Assembly (NCBI GenBank): GCA_041611735.1
Contig: JBFIML010000004.1
Span: forward strand, 1 to 64,000
Direction: 5' to 3'
From: Myxococcota bacterium
GTDB taxonomy: Bacteria; Myxococcota_A; UBA9160; PR03
Length of the DNA: 64,000 nucleotides
This document shows positions 26,555-34,916 of this stretch, one piece after another (the stretch's first letter is position 1; each line of letters begins with the position of its first letter). Below the pieces are notes generated by a model. The model saw nothing but the letters and a program-made list of their open reading frames with translations. It had not been told where the DNA came from and ran no database searches. A program made the translations under genes and the position numbers.

Positions 26555-27607
26555 CTACGGCGTCCCGCCCTCCTCCCAGACGATCTCGGCGGGATCGCGG
26601 TCGAGGTGCCCGAGGGCGTCCTTCCAGCGGTACAGGATCAAGGTGTCCATCAGCTCGGAACCCTGCCCGCGCCGCTTGCGGTCGAGCTCGGCGCGCATCA
26701 CGTCGAGCGCGCCGTGCACCCTGGGGCCGAAGAGGGACTCCAGGTACGAGGGGGGGATGCGTTCCCCACCTTCGTCGAAGCTCCCGTCCTCTCGAAGCGG
26801 CGAGGGCGAGAGGGGCGGCACGTAGTACACGTTGGGCTCCGTTCCGAACTCCGGGTGCAGCGGAAGTGCCACCTTCCACTTCTCCACCAGCTTCCACACC
26901 GAGCTGCCCTCGTCGTCGCGAAAGCCCACGAAGGCGGCCCGGCCCGGGCACTGCCGCACGCAGGCCGGAGCCACGCCCTGCTCGATCCGCGGGAAGCAGC
27001 CGATGCAGTGCTGGCTCACGCCGCGAGCCTCGTTCCAGTAGATCTTCTTGTAGGGGCAGGCCGACGCACACTGCTGCGAGCCCCGACAGACGTCCTCGTC
27101 GCGCAGCACCAGGCCGTCCTCGTCGCGCTTGAAGAGGGCGCCACTGGGACAGGCCTCGAGACAGGCGGGATTCGTGCAGTGGTTGCACAGACGCGGCAGG
27201 TAGAAGAAGTACGCGTTCGGGAACTCGCCTCCGCCCTCGTCCTCGTCCCAGTTCATGCCCCAGGTCCTGCTGCCCGAGGTCTTGCGCAGGTGCTTGCTGC
27301 GGCCGTGACCGCCGCGCAGGACCTCGTCGTAGTTGAAGGTCCAGCCGCTGCCGAACTCCTCCGGTGTCGGCTTCCGGCCCAGCCGGAGGCCGCCTGCGGC
27401 GTCGTAGCCGCCGCCCATCGCCTCCCAGTCGCGCGGCGTCCCCCGGCCCGGCTGGGTGTTCACCGTCATCCACCACATCGGCTCGCAGCCGGGCTCGTCC
27501 TCCGTCCACAGCACGCGGCACGCCACCGAGCAGGTCTGGCAGCCGATGCACTTGTTCAGATCGAAGACCCAGGCGAGCTGCCGGGTCGAGCGGGTGCTTG
27601 CTTCCAT
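26555..27607 (-). CDS. Fe-S beta subunit B2
   Basis: DLNKCIGCQTCSVAC, CNHCTNPACLEAC, CRGSQQCASAC, CIGC...CVRQC; GGAG RBS. Confidence 0.93.
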   Translation of the reverse strand: MEASTRSTRQLAWVFDLNKCIGCQTCSVACRVLWTEDEPGCEPMWWMTVNTQPGRGTPRDWEAMGGGYDAAGGLRLGRKPTPEEFGSGWTFNYDEVLRGGHGRSKHLRKTSGSRTWGMNWDEDEGGGEFPNAYFFYLPRLCNHCTNPACLEACPSGALFKRDEDGLVLRDEDVCRGSQQCASACPYKKIYWNEARGVSQHCIGCFPRIEQGVAPACVRQCPGRAAFVGFRDDEGSSVWKLVEKWKVALPLHPEFGTEPNVYYVPPLSPSPLREDGSFDEGGERIPPSYLESLFGPRVHGALDVMRAELDRKRRGQGSELMDTLILYRWKDALGHLDRDPAEIVWEEGGTP

Positions 27608-27648
27608 GGCGAGTCGCTCCTCTCTCGGCCGTCGCCCGGCAGCTTGGC

Positions 27649-30432
27649 TCAGGCGAGCTTCGACACGTCCACGCGGACGGCGCGGTCCGCCGGAATCGGC
27701 TGCCACGAGAACAGCCGGTACTTCAGGTGCCCATAGTTGCCTGCGAAGCCCAGGTGCTTCACGTGGCCCGATTCGAGATCGGCCTGGCCGTACCAGGTCT
27801 GGTGCATGTACGGCTCGAAGCCGTTGTAGACGATCAGCTGACCGGGCCGGCAGGCCGGCGTCACCTTGGCCGCGATGCGCATCTCTCCCGCATCGCTCGC
27901 CACCCGGATCAGCTCGCCGTTCTCGATGCCCAGGCTGCTGGCGTCCCGGTCGTTCAGGAACGCGAAGGGCTCCCCGCGGTGGGTGTTCAGGATCACGTCG
28001 TTGGTCATGTTCATCGAGTGGATGCTCCAGCGGTTGTGGCCGCTGGTCATCAGGAAGCGCCGCCCGCGGCCGCCCTGGGCAGGCGGCTCCTTGTGGGTGG
28101 GAAGCTCTTCGCCCGCCTCCAGGAACCACTCGTGATCGATGTAGAACTGGGCGCGCCGGACCAGGGTGTCGTAGGGGATCTTGTCCTCGGTGTGCCAACG
28201 CAACGGGGTGTGGATCTCGTCCGGCCGGATGGTGGAGGCCTGGGAGACGCCGTGGCCGACCATGCCCCAGCCCGCGAAGCGCACGTGCCCCTTCTCGCGC
28301 AGGCTCTTCAGCGTGGTCCCCTTGGGCAGGACGCCGTACACGGCGTTGTCGCGCACGATCTCCTCGAAGCGAGCCTCCTCGTCCCGGACCGCGCCGCCGA
28401 GCGTGGCGCGCCCGACGAGGTTCTCCAGGCTGCGCACGTTTCCCTTGCGGTCCTTGTACTCCTTGAGTCCCCGCGCTGCGGCACGCTGCTCGATCTTCTC
28501 GAGCAGCCGCACTCCGATCTCCCAGTCCGGCAGGGCCTCGCCTTCGGGCACCGTGGCCCGATCGCAGAGCACGAAGTTCAGGTGGTGCACCGAGGGCATG
28601 CTGTTGCCGAGCTTCTCGTAGTGCTGCGCGGCGGGCAGCACGTAATCCGAGTACAGGCCCGTGGTCGTCAGGCGGTAATCGATCGAGACGATCATGCGCA
28701 GCTTCGGCCACAGCTGCTCGAGGAGCAGCTTCTGTCCGCCCCGCTGGCGCCGCAGCATGTTGCCGCCGGCCTCGATCAGGACCCGGGGCTCGACCTCTCG
28801 GTACACCCGCGCATAGCTCGGATCCCACCAGCCCTTCTCGATCGCCTCCTCGACGTACTCGTCGAAGCGGCGCTTCATGGAGGGATCGTGGTTCTCGGGA
28901 TCGTTCCAGCGCTCCTTGTAGCCGTACTGGTAGTACCAGAGGAAGGCCGGAGGCATGATGACCCCGAGGCCGCCGAGCTCCCCCGCCGCCTCCGCCGCCC
29001 GGTTCTGGATCATCTCCTCCGTGAGGGTGGGATCGCTCTGGCTCATCAGGCGTCGCATGGCGATCATGCCGGCCACGAGACGCTGGGCCTCTTCCTGGCC
29101 CGGTCCCTGCTTGCGCGGCATGAAGGCGGCGCCGTCCATGCCCGTGATGGCCCAGGAACGCGTGCCGGTCCCGCGGCGGCCCCAGTTGCCGGTGAGCCCG
29201 AGCAGCAGGGCCATGGCCCGCTCCATCAGGTCCCCGTGGTAGTACTTGCCCGAGTTCCAGCCGATGAAGATCTTGGTGCGGCGGGTGGCCACCTTGCGCG
29301 CCAGCTTGCGGATGTTGTCGGGGTGGATCTCGCAGATCGCGCTCGCCTTCTCCGGCGTGTAGTCCTCCAGATGCCGCGCGAGGCGCGCAAAGACGGGCTC
29401 CACCTCGACCCGGCTCCCGTCCCGCAAGGTCACCTCGTGGATCCCGTGCAGCGCGGGGTCCACGCCGGCCGTGGCCAGCGTACCGCGTGGGGCGGGGGTG
29501 AGCGTCCCGTTCAGGCCGTTCCACCAGTAGAACTGGTCGTCCCGGTCGCCCTCGTTCACGTCGCTGCCGCGCAGGAAGCGCCCGGTGTCCCGCCGCACCA
29601 GCAGCGGCAGGTCGGTCTGCTCCTGGACGAAGCGCTTCTGGTAGAGGCCGGCGTCGATGATCACCTTGCACATCGAGAGGGCCAGGGCCGCGTCGGTCCC
29701 GATACGCACGGGCAGGTGGTAGTCGGCGTGGATCGCCGAGGGGCTGTAGTCGGGGGCGATGGTGACGATCTCGCCGCCGTTGTAACGGGATTCGGCCAGA
29801 TAGTGATACCAGTGGATGTTGGTGTAGACGGGATTGGCATGCCAGATCAGCGTGAGCTCGGCGAGGAACCAGTCCTCCATGCTGGAGGTCGGATTGAAGA
29901 GCCCCCAGGTCAGGTGCCAGCCCGGGCTGAAGTCCTGGAACTCCGCGTTGCCGTCGGTCTGGGGCGTGCCGAGGAAGTTGGTGAACAGCCGTGCAGGCAT
30001 CGCGCCGGGCTCCGGCGTGAGCAGGCTGATCACCGACTCCGGGCCCTGGTCCTGGATCGCATCGAGCATCGCGTCGGCGATGTCGCCGAGGGCGGCGTCC
30101 CAGGAGACGGGCTCGAAGCGTCCCTCGCCGCGCTCGCCCACCCGCTTGAGCGGCCGCGTGACCCGATCCGGCGAGTAGTGGCAATGGCTCCAGCAGGCGC
30201 CCTTCTGGCAGCCCATGGGATTCATGTCCGGGATGCCCGGCTCGATCGGAACGTGGTTGCCCGCCTGCTCCTCCCGCAGGATCCGGCCGTCCCGCACGAA
30301 GACGCGCCAGGGACAGCCGCCGGGGTAGCAGTCCACGGCGTGGCTCCCGAAGCTCACGCTCTCCCAGGTCCACTTCTGGCGGTAGGCGTCGGCCCAATCG
30401 CCCGTCCGGCGGAAGCTCGCCGTCGTCGCCAT
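27649..30432 (-). CDS. Type II Mo-bisPGD alpha subunit A6, no Tat signal; close paralog of A1
   Basis: SHAVDCYPGGC, NAEFQDFSPG, GKYYHG; GGAGG RBS; an in-frame stop upstream leaves no signal peptide. Confidence 0.93.
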   Translation of the reverse strand: MATTASFRRTGDWADAYRQKWTWESVSFGSHAVDCYPGGCPWRVFVRDGRILREEQAGNHVPIEPGIPDMNPMGCQKGACWSHCHYSPDRVTRPLKRVGERGEGRFEPVSWDAALGDIADAMLDAIQDQGPESVISLLTPEPGAMPARLFTNFLGTPQTDGNAEFQDFSPGWHLTWGLFNPTSSMEDWFLAELTLIWHANPVYTNIHWYHYLAESRYNGGEIVTIAPDYSPSAIHADYHLPVRIGTDAALALSMCKVIIDAGLYQKRFVQEQTDLPLLVRRDTGRFLRGSDVNEGDRDDQFYWWNGLNGTLTPAPRGTLATAGVDPALHGIHEVTLRDGSRVEVEPVFARLARHLEDYTPEKASAICEIHPDNIRKLARKVATRRTKIFIGWNSGKYYHGDLMERAMALLLGLTGNWGRRGTGTRSWAITGMDGAAFMPRKQGPGQEEAQRLVAGMIAMRRLMSQSDPTLTEEMIQNRAAEAAGELGGLGVIMPPAFLWYYQYGYKERWNDPENHDPSMKRRFDEYVEEAIEKGWWDPSYARVYREVEPRVLIEAGGNMLRRQRGGQKLLLEQLWPKLRMIVSIDYRLTTTGLYSDYVLPAAQHYEKLGNSMPSVHHLNFVLCDRATVPEGEALPDWEIGVRLLEKIEQRAAARGLKEYKDRKGNVRSLENLVGRATLGGAVRDEEARFEEIVRDNAVYGVLPKGTTLKSLREKGHVRFAGWGMVGHGVSQASTIRPDEIHTPLRWHTEDKIPYDTLVRRAQFYIDHEWFLEAGEELPTHKEPPAQGGRGRRFLMTSGHNRWSIHSMNMTNDVILNTHRGEPFAFLNDRDASSLGIENGELIRVASDAGEMRIAAKVTPACRPGQLIVYNGFEPYMHQTWYGQADLESGHVKHLGFAGNYGHLKYRLFSWQPIPADRAVRVDVSKLA

Positions 30433-30508
30433 GTCCCCTCCGCACGCCGAAACCGGCTCGCCCGTGAGCCCGCCCGCCGCAAGATGGGATCCGCGGAGGA
30501 CACCGCGT

Positions 30509-30524
30509 TATGACCCGTGTCATA
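30509..30524 (-). promoter_or_regulatory. Palindrome TATGAC-ccgt-GTCATA upstream of A6-B2
   Basis: Perfect arms; CATCTT on the minus strand 22 nt downstream. Confidence 0.72.
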
Positions 30525-30782
30525 TCCGGAGCGGACTGCTCCCCTGGGGTGCCGGGGCGTGGCCGGCAGACCCGACCGCCCGGAGCGGATTGCCTGCCGT
30601 ATCATCGCCAGGTGTACGTCGACGCCCGTCGCGAGCGCATTGCAGCCGCCGCATCGGGCGGGACGCGGAGCAGCCCGGCGGGATGACCGTCACCCGGGGC
30701 ACCGGGGAGATCCAGCGCTCCATATCAAGTGGGAGCTCGCCATCCTGAAGCGGGTGCTCCGGGCGGCGTGGGGAGGCGATTG

Positions 30783-31256
30783 ATGGGCAGCGACGCGGGC
30801 GGCGGCTGGCGCGTCTTCCTGCGCTACCTCGTCTTCCAGCTGCCGGGCTGGTTGATCGCGTCCGCCGTGGCCGTCGGCCTGGTGCGCTGGTTCGAGGTCC
30901 GGCCCGGGATCGCGGGCCTGCTCTTCGCAGCCTGGGTGGCCAAGGACTTCGCCCTGTACCCGTTCGTGCGCATCGCCTATGGGCCGGGTGGCGGCGGACC
31001 GGCGGAGGCCCTGGTGGGCGCCGCGGCGCGGGCCGAGGAGCCGCTCGCCCCCGAAGGCTGGGTGCGGGTGGGCGCCGAGCTGTGGCGGGGGCGCCTGGCG
31101 GACGGCGCCTCGGCGCCCCGCGGCGCCATCCTGCGCGTGCGGGAGGTGCGCGGCTTCACCCTGTTGGTGGAGGCGGAGCCCCTGGGGCCCGGCGACGCGG
31201 CGGGCCTCAGCCGGCGGCCGGCGCCTCCTGCTGGCGCCTGGCCGCCTCGGCCATGA
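30783..31256 (+). CDS. NfeD-like membrane protein (C-terminal OB fold)
   Basis: N-terminal TM helices then ALVG...PEGWVRVGAELWRG...RVREVRGFTLLVE; 3' end overlaps the convergent gene. Confidence 0.75.
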   Translation: MGSDAGGGWRVFLRYLVFQLPGWLIASAVAVGLVRWFEVRPGIAGLLFAAWVAKDFALYPFVRIAYGPGGGGPAEALVGAAARAEEPLAPEGWVRVGAELWRGRLADGASAPRGAILRVREVRGFTLLVEAEPLGPGDAAGLSRRPAPPAGAWPPRP

Positions 31257-32319
31257 AGCGCATCAGGAGCTGCACCATCTCCTGGGGCGGCGTCACCTCG
31301 GGCTCCTCGATGGAGTCCTTCAGGTTCTCGAAGCGCAGCAGGTCGAGCTTGGCATACTCCTCGCGGACGCGCGGCGTCAGCAGGCCGAGCCGCTTCAGGT
31401 TCGGCACGATCTTCGAGAACAGCATCTGCCGGAACCCGCGCTGGAACGGCGTGTTGATGGCCCACGCCATCCAGCTCTTCAGGTCCCAGCCGAGGCGTTC
31501 GAAGACCGGCTGCATGAGGAGCCGGTCCCGCATCACGTGGGTGGCCTCGATCACGAAGTCCTCACGCTCGCGCAGCTCCCGCTCGCTCATCTCCCGCGTG
31601 TAGAGATCCTCCAGGGAGAGCACGCCGAAGGCCACGTGGCGCGACTCGTCGCCCATGATGCGGGTCGTGATGTCCTGAATCAGCGGCTCATCGGGCATCA
31701 TGGCCCGCATCACACCGAACGCCGCCAGCGCGAGTCCCTCCACCATGATCTGCATGCCCAGGTACGTCACGTCCCAGCGCGGGTCGGACATGATGTCGCC
31801 GAGCAGGCTCTTCAGGCTGGGATGGATCGGATAGGAGACCCCGAGCTTCTCGGTCAGGTAGCGGTGGTAGACCTCCACGTGGCGGGCCTCGTCCGCCACC
31901 TGGTTGGCGGCGTACCACTTGGCCTCCTCCCACGGCACCGTCTCCACGATCTTCGCCGTGGCCAGCAGCGCACCCTGCTCGCCGTGCAGGAACTGGGAGA
32001 GCTGGAAGGCGTTCATGTGCAGCTGCATCTGGACGGCCTCCTCGTTGCTGAGGGGCCGCGGCGGGCTCATGATCTGGTTGACGAGGGGGCCGTGTCCGCT
32101 TCCCTGCCGTTGCCGGGCCAGGCGCTCCATGTCCACGTCCACGGACCAATCCAGGTCCGTCGCGTTCCAGGTGGCGGCCTTTCCCTTCTCGTAGAGCTCG
32201 AGCAGCTTCTGGCGCTTGAGCTCGTACTGCCAGTCGAACACCGCGTCGATGGTGGCGCGGACGCTCTGGAAGGGCCCGGTTTCGGGGATCGGGAGCGGGT
32301 TGCGCTGCGCGTACTTCAT
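31207..32319 (-). CDS. Ferritin-like diiron protein (AurF/ferritin-like superfamily)
   Basis: HGEQGA, DEARH, VEGLA, DESRH diiron ligands; start overlaps the tetR stop. Confidence 0.85.
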   Translation of the reverse strand: MKYAQRNPLPIPETGPFQSVRATIDAVFDWQYELKRQKLLELYEKGKAATWNATDLDWSVDVDMERLARQRQGSGHGPLVNQIMSPPRPLSNEEAVQMQLHMNAFQLSQFLHGEQGALLATAKIVETVPWEEAKWYAANQVADEARHVEVYHRYLTEKLGVSYPIHPSLKSLLGDIMSDPRWDVTYLGMQIMVEGLALAAFGVMRAMMPDEPLIQDITTRIMGDESRHVAFGVLSLEDLYTREMSERELREREDFVIEATHVMRDRLLMQPVFERLGWDLKSWMAWAINTPFQRGFRQMLFSKIVPNLKRLGLLTPRVREEYAKLDLLRFENLKDSIEEPEVTPPQEMVQLLMRFMAEAARRQQEAPAAG

Positions 32320-32990
32320 GAGTTCCTCTCCGTCGGGGTCGGGTCGTCGATCCCCAGATAGCCCAGGAAGCTGCGGGCCAGCTCTTCGGCGACTTCCGCG
32401 TCGGAGAGCAGTTCTCCGCCGGCCCGGATCTCGCCGAACACGACCCGCGACAGCAGGGTCGCGAAGGCGATCGATACGCCCAGCTCGCCCGCACGCTTGG
32501 GATGCGGGTGGCGGGTGCGATCGGGGCGGGTGAGCAGGAAGCTGGTGAGGCGCTGCGCGGCTTCCTGGCGGAAGCGCAGCGCCTCGCCCCGGAACTCCAC
32601 GTCGTGGAGCGCCCGGGCCACGAAGGCTCGGATCAGGGCCTCGTGGGCGCGGAACACGCGCACCAGCTCCCCGGTGCAGGCACGAACGATGGCGGGAAGC
32701 GGAGCGTCGCCCCAGCGTGTGGGCTCGGTGAGACGCCGGACGCGCAGCCACTGCTGCGCGAAGAAGCGCTCCTCGAGGGCACGCAGCAGCTCGTTCTTGT
32801 CGCGGAAGCGGGCGTAGAAGCCGCCCACGGAGGAGCCGGCCCGGTCCACGATGTCCGGCACGGAGACCTCCGCAAGGCCGCGCTCCTCGATCAGCGCCTC
32901 GGCCGCGTCGAGCAGGCGCTGGAGCGTGCGCTGGCTGCGCGCCTGCTTCGGGCGCGCGACGCTGGCCAGGACAGGGCGGGCTCGCGCCAC
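32316..32990 (-). CDS. TetR/AcrR-family regulator
   Basis: QARSQRT..RLLDAA, AGSSVGGFYARFRDKNELL HTH; GGAG RBS. Confidence 0.9.
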   Translation of the reverse strand: MARARPVLASVARPKQARSQRTLQRLLDAAEALIEERGLAEVSVPDIVDRAGSSVGGFYARFRDKNELLRALEERFFAQQWLRVRRLTEPTRWGDAPLPAIVRACTGELVRVFRAHEALIRAFVARALHDVEFRGEALRFRQEAAQRLTSFLLTRPDRTRHPHPKRAGELGVSIAFATLLSRVVFGEIRAGGELLSDAEVAEELARSFLGYLGIDDPTPTERNS

Positions 32991-33017
32991 CCGGGTCTCC
33001 TCGAACCGAAGGGGAAG

Positions 33018-33065
33018 AGAATCCGATTCGGTTTCTTGTCTATCGCCGCGGACCCGCCGCGTCAA
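33018..33065 (-). promoter_or_regulatory. Sigma70-type promoter TTGACG-N17-TAGACA with a 19-bp palindrome (AGAATCCGA-T-TCGGTTTCT) over the start region; probable TetR operator
   Basis: -35 at 33065-33060, -10 at 33042-33037, palindrome at 33018-33036 with one mismatch. Confidence 0.6.
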
Positions 33066-33140
33066 GCCCGCAACGGGGTTGCGCCTGGCTCCCGTGGGCT
33101 CGAACCTCCCGCCGCCGCCTGGCGCTACGAGGGAGGACCC

Positions 33141-33983
33141 GTGACGCCCACTGCCCCGCGCCGACCCCGGCGCCGCGCCGGTCGGCGTGGAACCCGGGCC
33201 CGACGCGCCGACAAGTACGACCTGTATCAGCGCGCCGTGCAGGACCCGCAGGGCGACGTGGCGCGCATCCGCCGCGCCTTCCTGCGGCGCTTCGGACGAC
33301 CGCCCCGGCTGCTGCGGGAGGACTTCTGCGGCAGCGCGGCCCTGGCCTGCGCCTGGGTGGCCGCGCACCGGGAGCACCGCGCCTTCGGCATCGACCTCGA
33401 CCCGGAGCCGCTCGCCTGGGCCCGGCGCCACAACGTGGGCGCGCTGCGTCCCGAACAGGCCGAGCGGGTCTGCCTGCTGCGAGGCGACGTGCTGCGCGTG
33501 CGCACGCCGCCGGCGGACGTGGTGGCCGCCTTCAACTTCTCCTTCTTCGGCTGGAAGACCCGCCCGGAGCTCGTGCGCTACTTCCGCTGCGTCCGCCGCC
33601 ATCTGCACCGGCGAGGCCTGTTCGTGCTCGACGCCTACGGCGGCCCCGAGGCCCAGGAGCGCCGCGAGGAGCGCCGGAGCGTGGACGGCTTCACCTACGT
33701 CTGGGACCAGGACCGCTTCGATCCGATCACCCACGAGACCACCTGCTTCATCCACTTCGAGTTCCGGGACGGGAGCCGCATGCGGCGCGCCTTCCGCTAC
33801 GACTGGCGCCTGTGGACGCTTCCCGAGCTGCGCGAGCTGCTGGAGGAGGCCGGCTTCGGCCGGGTCGAGGTCTACTGGGAGGGCACGGAGCGCCGCACCG
33901 GGGAGCCGAACGGCGTGTACCGGGTGTGCGAGCACGCGAACGACGATCCCGCCTGGGTCGCCTACCTGGCCGCCTCGCCCTAG
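33141..33983 (+). CDS. Class I SAM-dependent methyltransferase
   Basis: LREDFCGSA, GIDLDPEPL, AFNFS, YVWDQ, YDWRLW; GGAGG RBS. Confidence 0.82.
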   Translation: MTPTAPRRPRRRAGRRGTRARRADKYDLYQRAVQDPQGDVARIRRAFLRRFGRPPRLLREDFCGSAALACAWVAAHREHRAFGIDLDPEPLAWARRHNVGALRPEQAERVCLLRGDVLRVRTPPADVVAAFNFSFFGWKTRPELVRYFRCVRRHLHRRGLFVLDAYGGPEAQERREERRSVDGFTYVWDQDRFDPITHETTCFIHFEFRDGSRMRRAFRYDWRLWTLPELRELLEEAGFGRVEVYWEGTERRTGEPNGVYRVCEHANDDPAWVAYLAASP

Positions 33984-34211
33984 GAGCCTGACCCCAGACC
34001 GGCGCGGGAAGGGCCGGGCGCCGAGACGCGCCGCGGCCGAGGCGCGCGACCGAGCCATAGCGACGCTAGGGCGCAGGGAGCGCAACGCGGGCAGCGGCCA
34101 TGGATCGGCGTCCGGACGTCGCGCCCAGTCTTGGTCAGGCTCCCAGATCCGGCAGGCGCCCTGCCATCAATTGCTAGCCTCGGGGTGGATGACCTCAGCC
34201 TCGAGGAGCGC

Positions 34212-34910
34212 ATGGCGACGAACGGGCAGCGGGGCGGCGCGTGGCGCGCGGGGAAGGCCTGCCGGCGGCTGGCGGCCGCCTGCACCGCCGTGGTGCTGGG
34301 AGCGGGCGCGGGAGCCTTCGAGCCTCCCGGCGGGACTCCGCTCGCCCCCCAGCTCTCGGTCCTCGTGCTGGATCGGGCGCTCCTGGCCGTGGCCGCCGAG
34401 GGAGGCGGCCAGCGCGAGGCGCGCCTGGAGCTGGGCGAGCAGGTGCTCTGGACCGGGAGCCGGGGACGCGTGGGGGTTGCGCTCACCGACCGCCGCGTGC
34501 TGGCCGTGACGAGCCGCTCGGCGGCCTGGCAGGACACGCGCTACCGCCGCTCGGAGCGGCCGCCCGCCGGGGCGGTGCTGGGCGACCGGGTGGCCCTGGT
34601 GCTCACCGGCAAGCGCGTGCTCGGCTTCGACGGCGGAAGCGGCAACCTGATCGAGGGCCGGCTCGGTCCCCGGGAGCGGGTGCTCGCCTACGACGTGGGC
34701 GAGAACGTGCTGGTGGTCGTCACCGACCGGCGCGCGCTCGGGCTGTCCCCGTTCCGCGGCGGGTTCTTCGAGACGCAGCTTCGCCTGGGCGAGTCCATCG
34801 AGAATCTGGCGGCGGAGTCGAGCCACGCCGTCCTGACCACCTCGCAGCGGCTGCTGGTGTTCCGGGGCCCCTTTGGCTCCTGGGAGGAGCGCCGCCTGGG
34901 CCTTCACTGA
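34212..34910 (+). CDS. Putative secreted protein with four internal beta-rich repeats
   Basis: GAGGAG RBS; signal-like N-terminus; repeated E...V.V.T.RR.L units. Confidence 0.65.
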   Translation: MATNGQRGGAWRAGKACRRLAAACTAVVLGAGAGAFEPPGGTPLAPQLSVLVLDRALLAVAAEGGGQREARLELGEQVLWTGSRGRVGVALTDRRVLAVTSRSAAWQDTRYRRSERPPAGAVLGDRVALVLTGKRVLGFDGGSGNLIEGRLGPRERVLAYDVGENVLVVVTDRRALGLSPFRGGFFETQLRLGESIENLAAESSHAVLTTSQRLLVFRGPFGSWEERRLGLH

Positions 34911-34916
34911 GTCCGG

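Noticed and set aside
328-30523. Very long alternative-frame and antisense ORFs (e.g. 328..3060, 1121..3895, 7074..10334, 17986..21363, 27364..30513, and the N-terminal parts of 8858..14518, 11917..15576 and 26555..30523)
   Set aside because: They are Arg/Pro/Gly-rich or antisense shadows of motif-bearing genes, as expected from stop-codon scarcity at high GC
30526-30588. 10-bp direct repeat ccggagcgga (x2) at the island edge as an att site or target duplication
   Set aside because: It is short and GC-rich, and there is no integrase, transposase or tRNA in the window
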